Of a stretch of 64,000 nt of DNA, positions 40,206 through 53,103 are shown piece by piece. The stretch's first letter is position 1, and every line of letters begins with the position of its first letter. Under the pieces are notes generated by a model. The model made no database searches. It saw only the letters and a list, made by a program, of their open reading frames with translations, and was not told the DNA's origin. Position numbers and translations under genes: made by a program. Source of the stretch: Octopus vulgaris (taxonomy: Eukaryota); assembly GCA_951406725.2 (NCBI GenBank), contig OX597814.1, positions 158,286,001-158,350,000 on the forward strand. The letters are read 5' to 3'.

Positions 40206-40590
40206 TCTCTCTATATATAAACGGCAGTTTGTCTGTGCGTGTTTCTGTGTGTCTGTTTGCTTGTACCCTCACCCTGACCACGGCTTTCAACCGATTCTGA
40301 TGAAACTTGACACACACATAGCCCAATGTCATAATTCAAAACTAACGCAGCCAAAATTTTGAAAAGTTTCCCCAGTTCTGAAAAAAATCGATAAATTCGA
40401 CATGGGGTCGAGAATCAGAAACACGAACCACAAACTGTCTAGGGGACGCAACTCCATCCTTTTTTAACTCTCAAAAAAAATTTACCATCATTTTTTTCCA
40501 TTTTTTTGCTATTTTTTGGCTATAACTCTCTAAAAATGCTTTATAGTTATTTCCCTTACAAACCTGAGCAACGCCGGGCGATACTGCTAG
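40206..40590 (+). mobile_element. Non-autonomous Helitron
   Basis: A|TC..CTAG|T ends and subterminal hairpin. The last ~120 bp are shared with 17591-17983. Confidence 0.8.
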
Positions 40591-40594
40591 TTCT

Positions 40595-41455
40595 TATTAT
40601 TTTCCAAATATTACAGGTTTTGTTGGAGTCCTGCACGCGTAGCGGTCTTACAACCTGCAATCTACGGTACTATGCTATCCGTTTTTTCAGCTATCTAATA
40701 CTTCCCTGATTATTCTGATTGTGACAAGGAGGCAAATCTTTTGTAACAGTTCTACTGGGCACTCTATTTTAATTTCCTTTATATTCCCTTTCGTGCCTTC
40801 TCATAATATTCTCAAGGATCCAACAATAATTGTCACTATCTACACCTTCATTTTCCATTGCTGGGGCTATTTCGCACTTAAGAGGGTTGTATCTATCTAT
40901 CTTTTCGCCTTCCTTCTTGACTATTCGTGGGTTAAAGGGGCATGCATCATCAACTATATAGCATATGTAGTGCAGCTTGACCACCACCACTAGGTCCGGT
41001 CTGTTATGCTCTAGCATCTGATCTGTTTAGATTGGGAAATCGCAGAGGATTGAGTAAGTCCCGGACTCCACCACTCTCTTTCGTTTGTGATCATACCACG
41101 TCTTGCTTCTCTCTAGCCCTCACAGTGTATGGCATCCGTTCGTGATATGGGCAAAGGTTTCATCCAAACTATTGCAAATGCGGCACAGCGGAGACACTTG
41201 CTTATTCCTAACGATGACCCCCCAGTTCCTGGCCAACGCTTGGTCATCCTTTGCCAGTATAGTGCTCTCGGTTTGTTTTTTTAGGGTTCCTTTCATCACC
41301 ATTATAGTACATTTTGAGAGACAAACTCCATCTTAACACTCATAGAGAAAATCCACACAGACTGGACTAGGCTGTCCAGTTCTACTTTAGATTTGTGAAA
41401 AGCTCCTGGTCGTCAATGAAGAGCAAGTGGTTCAGTTTTCCCTTATTTCTTCCAC
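40595..41455 (-). mobile_element. R4/Dong-type LINE 3' fragment with deletions (same family as 29280-33285)
   Basis: LEHNRPDLVVV, DDACPFN, EKIDRYNPLK, CRICNSLDETFAHI. Nucleotide match to 31690-31830 and 32480-33260. Confidence 0.88.
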
Positions 41456-41459
41456 AAAA

Positions 41460-41785
41460 CTATACTCAGAGACTGCAAGAGGAGGAAAAGTAACTTAGCC
41501 GTGTCATGGATCGACTATCGTAAGGCGTACGATATGATCCCACATTCTTGGATTATGGAATGTATGAACATATTTGATATTTCATCGAATGTTGAGCGAT
41601 TGGTTGGAAAAAGTATGGCGAATTGGAGGACGGACTTGACAGCAAACGGAAGAAGTTTAGGGACAGTAGAAATTAGGAGGGGCTTCTTCCAAGGGGACTT
41701 CTTGTCCCCACTGATCCTTGTACTGTGCTTGATACCACTGATACTGATTCTGAGGAAAGCAAAAGCTGGGTATGTATTCAGATAT
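41460..41785 (+). mobile_element. R4/Dong-type RT fragment (different subfamily)
   Basis: SWIDYRKAYDMIPHSWI, RRGFFQGDFLSPL. Confidence 0.88.
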
Positions 41786-41995
41786 ACTCTTTTACTCTTT
41801 TACTTGTTTCAGCCATTTGACTGCGGCCATGCTGGAGCACCGCCTTTAATCGAGCAACTCGACCCCGGGACTTATTCTTTTTGTAAGCCCAGTACTTATT
41901 CTATCGGTCTCTTTTGCTGAACCGCTAAGTAACGGGGACATAAACACACCAGTATCGGTTGTCAAGCAATGCTAGGGGGACAAACACAGACACAC
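41786..41995 (-). mobile_element. SINE family A 3' half
   Basis: Reverse complement of 12140-12333. Confidence 0.85.
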
Positions 41996-41997
41996 AA

Positions 41998-42081
<84 letters not shown>

Positions 42082-42083
<2 letters not shown>

Positions 42084-42385
42084 CGGGAAGCTTTATGAAA
42101 ATAGACAAAAGACGAAGGCAGGTGGAAAACAAACAAACAATTGTATTAGTATGGCGCTCAGGAAATATAAATAAAACAAGTCTTTAACGTTTCGAGCCTA
42201 CGCTCTTCAACAGAAAGATACACAGAGAGAAAAAAACACAGAAAGAAGGAGAGAAAAAAATGCGTGCAGTAACTAACGAATCAACATGGCGATCTGATTT
42301 CGGCCAGAGGTCAAAGATCAAACATGAGACGCGAGAGCGAAATAAGGGGAGATAATAGGGTTGATAATAGGGTTGAATGACCCTA
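42082..42385 (-). mobile_element. Penelope-like pLTR fragment with a variant hammerhead
   Basis: Between (TA)n tracts. Minus strand TCTT-T-CTGTTGA-A-GAGC-GTAG-GCTC-GAAAC-GTTA-AAGA at 42181-42218. Confidence 0.7.
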
Positions 42386-42387
42386 GG

Positions 42388-42482
<95 letters not shown>

Positions 42483-44677
42483 ACTTTAGTTAATATATAA
42501 ACTGGGCAAATTAGACCAATTCCATGGAAACAAGCAGCCAATCTGTTTCCATCACCAATAAATTTTGTAGCTACCAAGAACCGGATCAAATAATTTCCAT
42601 ATAGTCTATCAACAGGGTTCTCAATTTACACAGTGTCAAGGCATTATATACTATATGTAACGTATATAGTAGATATATAAAGACGCGCGCGCGCGCACAA
42701 ACACACACACAATTTCATGAATTCGCACATCCCGTGGAATTTCCACGTTTAATTATTATTTTTATTTCTGTGTTGGTGTACACGCTTTCATCTTCATAAC
42801 ATTATTTCACTATGTTAAAACATTTCCATTACATCTTTAAAAAAAACTTTTTTTTGGCTTTTCTTCTGTTTGTATATAGAAAGCGTTACGACCGAGTATG
42901 TTTCCGGAGGAACGATTGTTTAAAGCGTAGCATTCACACATATATTGTGACAAGTAGAATAACATAGATGGCTACATTAGCAATACAGTGAGAGTTAAAT
43001 GAAACGTAATTAAAATAAATAATAACACCATCAAAAATACACGACTATATTCATATGTATATAGGTAAAGATCATGTTGCCTTTTTGGCAGCTCGGAATA
43101 AGTATCGAACCAATTGGTTTCACTGTTTTTACATTTCAATATGCGCTTACAGTATTGACTACATTTTAAAAAGTAGCTTTTGCTTGTATCCCTCGGCAAA
43201 TCGAGACGAAGACTTAAACGTATTCTGATGAAATGTAAAGAACAGAACAGATCTAATGTTCATTTCAAGTTGCTTAAAAATTCTCAAACTTGGGGCCTTA
43301 TTAGTTGGATAAATCGGGAATTAGATAAATATTTTTTTATTGTTGTTTGGGTTCTAGGCAGCTCTGAATGAGTTAACTTGTCGTCAAAGGAGTGTTCAAA
43401 CCGTAACCATTCTATATTTACTTGAGAGACAATATATGCAGGACTATAGACTATATTCAGTATGACGTCTGACTAGGGCATTTAGGTGTTATTTGGAAGA
43501 ATTTGAAAAAGTGCGCAGAGCATCCCTCTATCGATTGACTATGCGATAAAAAATTTTTGAACGAGGAATAGCGTATAAGCTGTCAAACTTTGGTTGATGG
43601 AATACCTGTCCGTCTAGCACGTACTTTATTGACCCCGAAAACGGTAAATCAGTAAAGGTAAAACTCAGTTTCAGTAGGATTTGAATTGAGAAGGTGCATG
43701 TATAAAGTGCTTTTAATCAGTCGCAACTCTGCCCAGCAACCGCTATGAAACCATAGCTACACAAACTGAATTTTTTTATAATTAGATATAGTTAACCTCT
43801 TATCGTTTGTGTTTGAAACCATATCAACACTTCTTTCACATTTTTCAATTTAACTTTCTTTCCCCAGAAACCATGAGAACTTTTAGATGATCCAACCAAT
43901 ATTAATAAGTTCATTTAAATTCTGTCCACCAGCAATTAATCTGAGCCGAATTAAATTCCCATACCCATACTAAAGAACAATTTACAGATTTCACAGTTTT
44001 CAGCTACTCACAAACTATTCAGAACATTCAGAAAACCTGTTAGTGAAAGTAACTATATTATTACAATTTATGTCAAGTATGTTCTGTCCACCAGCAAGTA
44101 ATATGAACTGCTGCCTTTATTTTGTTTTGCTTTTTAAACATTTGCTTGTTAATATTCTGCAAAAACAAAAATCTTGGTGTTATTTGTGCACACTTGTTCT
44201 GAATAACATTCATATCAGGATCAACGATTTTGGCATGATGTTACTAGAATTAAGTTAGTCTTTAATAAATAACACGCAATAGGATTCGAAATTTTAATTA
44301 GAATTTTGAAGAAAAAAATAGCTAAAAGGACAAAGTAAGCGCTTTTATAATTATGATTCTTGATTAATAAGTGAACAGATGTATACTAAATAACAAATAA
44401 GATAAATTCTCCATTTATTGATATTATTTTCACTTACATTTATACATACACATCTACGTACGTTCAAATATGCATACATACATACATACATACATACATA
44501 CATACATACATACATACATACATACATACACACACACATACACTTATACATACATATATACATATATATACATACAGCTATACATACACACACACACCTT
44601 CACATATACATATATATATACATACATGCATACATACATATAAACATACATATAAACATACATATGTGTGTGTGTGT

Positions 44678-46707
44678 AGGGGGCAGATGGGGCTCCTTAG
44701 CCATGGTGAGGGCAACCCATCAAGGAGAAGGAAAACTCTGATATAAACCAGGTTTGTAGTTGCTGACTGTCCTCTTAGTTGATGAGCACTATCAGAAAAT
44801 ACCACCATCATGTTTTGATGGAGGTAGTGTACCTCCCATCCCAACACTAAAAAAAAAACGCTATGACAATGAAGAAATAGCGTCATGAACAAGTGAAGTG
44901 TCACTAGAAGTTCTTAGCTTGAACATCATACATAGGTGGTAAAAGGTAGATCACCGCTTCACACAACATATGCAGGTAATTGTACAATTCGTGTCCTCCT
45001 TTCACAACAAAGCAGTTCTGCTTAGGATGGCACTGCATTCCTCCTTCGGAGGCGGGGATCAAGAAAATATGACCTAAAAATTGCTTATTCGCATTGCTTC
45101 TTGTTATTAGGTGCAAATGATGGGCATCCAAACCTGCACCAAAAAATTAAGCAAACCGTAAACAGAAAAACTTTTTATTGCATCTTGGAATATGAGAACT
45201 ATTCAGGACAGCAAGAAAAACATAGAACGTCGGACCTCTTTTCATACAGAAAATATATTAGCGGACTGTGTCAGCAACTGGAAGATGATGATGATGATGG
45301 ATGCACTTTTTTCTGTATGGGTAAGCCTCGCGAAGTAAGGAAAGAGGTAGGTGTTTGGTTTGCTATTCGGAATAATCCGGGTGAAGCATTTTGAATCTCT
45401 GCTTGTTGGCAATAGTGAAAGACTCCTGTCATTGCGTTTCTACATTGGCAAAAGTAAATATGCATATACTTTCAGCAGTATGCTCGAACCATGTACTCAA
45501 ATGAAAGTGTGACAGAATCTCAGTGAAGTAGAGGCACGGTGGGTATGACTTTTTAGCTTAAGGCAGTTGCAAGAAAAGGCTCGTGAGCACAACCGAGATC
45601 TTTCTGTCTCTTTTGCATATCTAACTAAAGTTTCCGATTCTATTTAGGCATGCTCTTTCGGTTGTCCCCAGAAAGCTACTTGTTCCTGAGAGGTTGCTCC
45701 ATGTCATCATTTCTTTCCATCAAAGGATGACGGCACCCATTAGAACTAGCGGAGAAGTGTCCGATTAATTCACAATCTCAATGGGACAAAACACCGCTCT
45801 TATTTGCTTTGTATTTCCCCATCATGTTGGAAACAGCGTTCGAGAGTGTTAAAGACGTAAAGTTTGAGTACAGAAAAGGTTATGGTCTGTTCAACTAACA
45901 GCGCTTCAAAGCAAAAACTAAGACTTTGGTGCAAACAGTTCGAGATTTGCTCTTAGCAGACGATTGTCCACTTGTAGCACACACTCTTGAGGACATGAAA
46001 TGGACTATAAACAACTATTGCACACTTGTATCACACACATCTGAGGACATGCAATGGATTCTAAAGAACTTCTTTGCGTCCATCGAAAGTTTTTAGTCTG
46101 ACTATCAGTATCACGGAAACTGAGCTTATCCATCAGCCCATTCGTGACCATCATCCCTCTGTTGCCCCTACTGTATATGATGATGGGAAAGCTTTAAAAA
46201 CTGTTACCTCCTTCACTTATTTTGGTTTCATTGTATCCAATGATGCTAAGATGGATAAAGAAATTGAGTCCAGAATCGGGGAGGTTAGCTCCGCTTTCGG
46301 TAAGCTTCGAAGACAAACTAAAAGACAATCCGAAGCGATGCACTATTCCCTTATCTTCCCGGGTAAACGGAGCATCAGAACGCAAGATTTGGGGCCAGTC
46401 CTGCTTCTGCTTAAACATTTGTGCTAAGTCGACTCCAACATTGAGACCAACTTCGTATAAGCATAAAGGCACGCTAGCAAAACATTGCTCTCTAAGTAGA
46501 AACCTTACCTATTATTGTAGCTTTGTGGCATGAATCAAAACAGGCTTTGCCATCCACTCCAGAAAGCATATTGTGAGTTATCAACAAGCACTCAAGCAAA
46601 TTGAGGTCCTCAACTTGATCCATTTGCCAATTGTTACAACGCACCAGCAGACCTCAGCGCATTATTTCACAGAACCCTGATTTATCGTTCATGACAAGAG
46701 AATCTAT

Positions 46708-46710
<3 letters not shown>
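44678..46710 (+). mobile_element. Degenerate, internally deleted RTE LINE with its 5' UTR
   Basis: 5' motif GGCAACCCATCAAGGAGAAGGAAAACTCTG; APE remnant GCTFFCMGKP..EVGVWFAIRN; RT remnants LRQLQEKAREHN, LLLADDC and VTSFTYFG. Confidence 0.82.
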
Positions 46711-46751
<41 letters not shown>

Positions 46752-47654
46752 CATTTAAGTAGGCACACAGTTAAGACGTTCGCTGCTTTGAAACTACGAG
46801 GTTATGCGTTCAATCTAAGGCGTAGTATCTTGGTTGCAGGTCATTGTCATTATGAGTGAATTTGGTCAGACGGAAACTGTACAGATGCCATTCTAATTGG
46901 TTTTTACTTGTAATTCCAAAGGCACTGTCTTGTCACATTTAATTCTGTCTGAGAATAAGAATTACCTTAAAGATGCGCGTGTCTGTAGAATGCTAAACCA
47001 ATTACATATTTGCTACGGGCAGCATATTCTAGTGTATTTTCTTCAGCGCGGCACAGTGTGGTTTGAATGGTAGTTTGTTGTTTTTCTCAGCAGTCCACCC
47101 AAATACGTAGCGACTCTCTCACCGGCTGCGCTTTCATGAATTTTACAAGTAAGTTCAGAATTTTAAGAGCAAATATGAAACTACATGTATTATTTATACC
47201 TCATATAACCACACACATATTCACAGGCACAACTGTGTTGTTAAGGAGTACACTTCGTAATTAAGTAAAAGCAACTGTGCTGATATATGCATAGATGATT
47301 ACACTTAAAGATATTCTTTCACAGTCATACGGATTAGGTTTCAATCCACTTCGGTCGTATCTTGGACAAGTGTTTCTATGTATTATTTTGCTGTCTGTCA
47401 ACAAACTAGATATAAGAATTTATTTTAGTCTTTTACCGAGCTGGTAAGCGACATGGATATAAACAGACCAACACATGTTGTCAAGTCATGAGTGACAAAC
47501 ACATGCTTACATGCATGCACAAGCACACAAACATGCACACACACACACATACACACATATATATCTTACAGCGTGTACATATGTACATATACTTATATGA
47601 ATGCATGCAGATATATATACGTATACACATACAAACACACACACACACATACAT

Positions 47655-47728
<74 letters not shown>

Positions 47729-47802
47729 ACACACATACATATCTATCATTTAATCAATCAATCAATCTGTCTATCTATCTTTTTATAAAGAGGAAACTTA
47801 TC

Positions 47803-48270
47803 AATCTGAGCGAGTAGTAACATTACTACAGAGTAAAATCTATTTGCCAACGTAAAGTGGCAGTCCTGATTAGGACGATGTTACTATCCTTTTTAGCCTC
47901 AGGAAAACATATTTTCCTGCTGACTACCGACGCACAACTACGTCCTTATACCTCGAACAAGAGAATTAATGCCCCACGCAACCTTAAACTGAACCTGCGA
48001 TCCATGGGATAACCGTTGGCTACAGATAGCAGCACTAGGCCTTACTTGTGGTGTTTCCTGATGCTAGAAATAGGTAGTAACATCTCTGAGTGTGGCATTA
48101 GCTCCCTTATTCGAGGTATAAGGACGCAGTTGTGCGTCAGTAGCCTGCTGGAAAATATGTTTTCCAGAGGCTCGAAAAGGTAGTAACCTCGTCCTAATCA
48201 GGACTGCCACTTTACGTTGGCAAATAGATTTTACTCTGTACTATTGTTACTACTTCTCGCTCACAGATTT
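47803..48270. repeat. Foldback element with ~165-bp inverted arms (TTGCCAC family); third arm copy at 48436-48553
   Basis: 47803-47966 is the reverse complement of 48102-48270. Confidence 0.88.
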
Positions 48271-48584
48271 ATAACTAATTGGTTTCGTCTTTACGAGATC
48301 AGTGACTGTGTGTCACTTTAAAAGTATATACCTCGAGCAAGGCCTAGCGCTGCCATCTCGAGCCAAAGGTTATCCTGTGCCCATCAAGAGAAATAACCCA
48401 GAAGCAATGGTCCACAGGTACCGTTTAATGCTGAGTTGGTATAAGGACGCAGCTGTGCATCGAGAACCAGCTGGAAAAGATGGAGCTAAAAATGGTAGTA
48501 ACATCGTCCTAATCAAGACTGCCACTTATCGTTGGCAAATAGATTTTACTCTATCGGCATATATATATATATATATACATACAT

Positions 48585-48850
48585 ATATAAAGAAAATACA
48601 AATACAAAACAAAATCCATTAAACAAATGTACAAGAGATTATTTGTTTCATGTTCATGGAAAGAGTAAAATGTATAATATTTCGGACACAGTCCTTCTTC
48701 AAATACAAAGTGTAAAATCCAGGAGAAACCGGGAAGAGAAGAAACATAATCAAGAAGCGGAGGAAAGAAGTGAGCCAGGAAAAAATACAGGTACGACTGA
48801 TTCACATGATTGCTCTTCCGCGAACCAATATCATTCCGAATGTATTTTTT
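48585..48850 (-). mobile_element. Penelope-like pLTR fragment with a variant hammerhead
   Basis: Minus strand TGTA-T-TTGAAGA-A-GGAC-TGT-GTCC-GAAA-TAT-TA-TACA at 48671-48707; adjacent to (TA)n. Confidence 0.6.
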
Positions 48851-50093
48851 GATCCTGAGTGATTGTAGAAGACATATGCCCAAGTTTCTCAAGGTACCTC
48901 ACTGTGGGACTGAAAGGTAAACCACGTGGTTGCGATGCGTACTTCTTAACCACTCAGACTGTAAGAAATTAACTACTTGAACTGTAATGACAACTTGGTC
49001 GATATGATCGATTAGAAGCCTTTGAAGGTTGTATCCTGACAAAGCCCTAATACAGTATCCAGATTGAGCTTAAAGACTATGACACAAGTGGTCTTATCGA
49101 TTTCTATGCTTTCCTCGAAAAACAAAAACAAAAACAAAAAAGATATAGAGTATGGTTCTTTTATATCTATGCTGTAATTCATATAGCAGTAACTTGTGTA
49201 AAGCAGACGTTAACACTGAAAGGCTTCAGGCTTTCGGTTGCTTTTGACATATGTACAAATACTTTAAGAATTAAAAAGAGAATCGCTCTAAGCCAAAGAA
49301 GAAGAATATAATATTACATTCTGAAGAAATATCACTGTAGTTTAAGTGTTAGCATCGCCAAGTAAATACGTTTGGTTCGATTCTTATTTGTATGACGTTG
49401 ATATTTGTATATGTTAGGTTTGAAGTTTTGTCATGTTAGAAATATCTTTTATGGCTTCGAGTTAAATCTTTAGTTCATATACTTTAAACTGTTATGCTGT
49501 ACATATATAAAAAGGAGAGAAAAAGTTCTTGTTGAACAAGAAACTATAGCGATGTAGATATCTGTAAAACTTAGAGGCACATGAAATCGAGGAGTCTATG
49601 AATTAAAGAGTCAACAGTGCTTAAAAAATTAACACAGGGCATTTAAATCTTACTGGAGTCAATGCTGATGATAGAACATGTAACAGCAAATAGCTGGAGC
49701 GCTAAATCCGCGACACACCCTGTAAGTCACGTGAGTGATGAAAACATCGGGAGTGGGGGAATCTTACAGTCATTTAATGTGTAACATTTTCAGGAAACAA
49801 TAGGCTTGATCGATATCTATATACAACGTTCTCTTGCATTTTAAAAACAGAGATTAAAAGGAATTAACAGCAAATTTTACTTTTTATATATATATATATT
49901 TTAACACATTACTGTTACTAGTGCTGTTATAACAGTTAATCGCTGAATCCCATCCATATTTCCCCACATACCACTTCTAATATCAAATTTATTGTAATAT
50001 TCTGAAAGTAAAGGGCAAAATTTCTTCTCTGTGAGGTATCCTCTTCACCTCAGAGTTCTTTAATCGAGCATCCTGTCGCTGCTACAAGACCAC

Positions 50094-50096
<3 letters not shown>

Positions 50097-50180
<84 letters not shown>

Positions 50181-50187
50181 TTATATA

Positions 50188-50234
<47 letters not shown>

Positions 50235-50385
50235 GTATATATATGTATGTATGTATATATGTATATATATATATATGTCTGTATATATGTATATATATAT
50301 GTATATCTGTATATATGTATATATATATATATATATATATACATATGTGTATGTATATATATATATGTATGTATGTATATATGTG

Positions 50386-50419
<34 letters not shown>

Positions 50420-50512
50420 CAAACATACATACATACATGCATACATACATACACGCATACACTGATAGACATGTACGCGCGTAGATAGACATTTCTCTCT
50501 CTCCATCAGTTG

Positions 50513-50544
<32 letters not shown>

Positions 50545-50575
50545 TACACACACACACGTACACATGCAAACACAA
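50097..50575. repeat. Long degenerate (TA)n/(CA)n tract
   Basis: Directly visible. Confidence 0.95.
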
Positions 50576-50849
50576 ATGTATAGGAGAAGAGAAAATAAAC
50601 GGAAATAGGCGCTACGTAAATAATTACAATAGCTTATTTTATTGTATTACGGTTAGCAAGTAATTTCTCACACACGCACTACTAGAAGTCATGTTTCAGT
50701 AACTTGAGTAAGTTTATTGATATAGATCTTCAAAGTGAGCTGTGACTTCAGAATGTGTTAGGCTGCCTTAAATCAGACTGCACATTTCTATAAGAGTGTA
50801 TGATACTGGTTCTAATGAATATACAAATATGACAGCACATACACATATA

Positions 50850-50896
<47 letters not shown>

Positions 50897-50897
<1 letters not shown>

Positions 50898-51117
50898 GTG
50901 AAGTATGTTTGCCACCTAAATGTGGGTGTCCCATATCGGACGATGCTACTGTAGTTTATAACCCGAGGAAGATATCTTCTTCAGCTGGCTAATGACACAC
51001 TGTCTGTGCCCGATCGGTTTTTGCGTCAGCGAGCTGGAGATGTCTTCCTGGGGCTATAAACTACAGTAGCATCGTCCCGTATGGGTCAGCCACATTTAGG
51101 TGGGATAATACTTCACG
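50897..51117. repeat. ~220-bp foldback (TTGCCAC family) next to (TA)n
   Basis: 50897-50990 is the imperfect reverse complement of 51030-51117. Confidence 0.85.
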
Positions 51118-51209
51118 ATGTCATCCTGCTACTGTTTACATCTCAGAGATTTATTATTGCTATATATATATATGTGTGTTTGTGTGCGTGCGTGTATATA
51201 TATATAGTT

Positions 51210-51975
51210 TACTTTTCTCTCTTGGTAAAATGAACAAAAAAGTACGCCATCTGATGACAGATAAATATTGTTTAACGTATGCAGTATTTAGTTATGAGCT
51301 ACTAATCGTTTCATACATTGCATAAAACATCTAGGGATGCTTTAAAACACGCATAATATCTCCAAGTACTCTCCAGGCTCTGGGCACATGGCCTATAGAA
51401 GTTAGAAATTAGGATAATGAAGCAAGAGAAATCATGATAAAAAAGAAAACGAGGTGAAGGTGGGGGAAAAAGGCGGAACGATAAAAAGATGGAATAAGAA
51501 AGGAAAAAAAAGAAAAGAAGTATGGCTCTAATGCTAGATGGTGTGGAATCAATGGAAGATGTATAAAACCTACGATACGCCTGCTCAACCCGGAGAAGAT
51601 GGTGTTCTTCAATTCCCCCAAAATAATCTGTCCATATGTTTGCATTTGATGAAAATTTCTGATTTGGAATGTAGCAGTGTGGTGGAATTGTTAGATAAAA
51701 AGCGTATGCGATTTTTCGGTTATGCATAACTTACATTTTTTTATCAACTAACATAAGGAATGGATTTTTCAATCATATTCCACTTGATTGTATGACGCGC
51801 AGGGCTGGTCTTCAAATCCCATAAGTGGCTAACCCACTTAGCGGCTTGATTTTTCTCCATGTGCTGGAAAGGAGACAGGTGGTAAGCATAGTGACTTTTG
51901 AAATCGTCTTCGCACAACCCGATGTAATTCTTCTTTTCGGTTGTTATCATGTAGGACTGCTATAACGTCTGCTTT
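51210..51975 (-). mobile_element. Penelope-like element 3' end: GIY-YIG remnant + pLTR with hammerhead
   Basis: ORF 51744-51950 KNYIGLCEDDFKSHY..HLWDLK..IKWNMI. Downstream hammerhead-like motif at 51296-51380. Confidence 0.8.
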
Positions 51976-52612
51976 ATACAGATACCTAGGCGTCACCAGC
52001 TTCCTGCCCAATCACGCCGTAAAAGAAATTCCCTTTCCTAAAGGAACTGTTGTTGCTGAGCAACTGTGCCAGAAATACAGCCTTGAAGCTGAGAACACAT
52101 GGTACAATCATCGAGAAGAAAGAGTACTGGAGTCGAAGAAATGTAAGATTTTGTGGAACTTTCCTATTCAAACAGACAAGGAGTTGGAAAATAATAGACC
52201 AGACATAACGATTATAGATAAGGAAAAGTCAGGTTGGTTACTTATCGATCCATCATGTTCGTTTGATTCCAGGATCGCAAAAAAAAGAGGAAGAAAGAAA
52301 AAAATACAATCCCTTTAAATTTGAAATAGGAAGAATTTGGAGCATGCAAACAGTAAGCGTCGTGCCTATAATAATTGGTGAGTTGGAAAGAGTAAGAAAG
52401 GGATATAGACAAATGGTTCAAGGAGATTGAAATAGAATATCCGGTAGAGCACCTACAGGAAGTTTGTCTCTTTGGGACAGCAGGGATTACCAGGAGGGTT
52501 CTAAGCACATAAAATACTGGTGAAAGCTTGTGGATAACTAAAGTTACTCGTTAACCACAAAAATCTTATCAGGAATGAGACAGAACCTGAGTCAAACCAA
52601 AGTGATAATAAT
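51976..52612 (+). mobile_element. R4/Dong-type LINE 3' fragment
   Basis: WYNHREERVLE, KILWNFPIQTD, NNRPDITII, LIDPSCSFD; (TAA)n tail. Confidence 0.85.
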
Positions 52613-53057
52613 AATATATACATATGCATACATACATACACATATATATTCATACATACGTGTGTGTGTGTATATACGTAGTGTGCTCCTTATGTTTAAT
52701 TACCATAGGGGAAACAATCTATTCTAAATTAAACTAAGATAAGTTTCAAAGATTGGAATTTAAATTAATGTGTAATGAAGGTGTAGAGAGCGAACACATT
52801 TTTTCTACACTTTATAAAGTTCTAACTGTAACTACTCGTTGATAGCCATCTATCGCCCTATTTCATCTTGTTTTGGAATCGTCAGGACGGCATTACTTGA
52901 GAAATAAATTAAGCCGAAATAAACACTTTACGATGTCAGGCATATCTTATCGAGAGAAAATATATATTTTAAAAGGCGTTTTCTATTTTCTTTCTTGTAT
53001 TGTTAATTGTTCTACAAAAATAGAGAGAAGGAGCGGGAAAGAAGAGATAGCGAGAGA

Positions 53058-53103
<46 letters not shown>

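Noticed and set aside
41320-41785. Twin-priming inversion of a single Dong insertion
   Set aside because: The geometry fits, but the + fragment differs strongly from the 31380-31690 family sequence that the - fragment belongs to. These are two different subfamilies.
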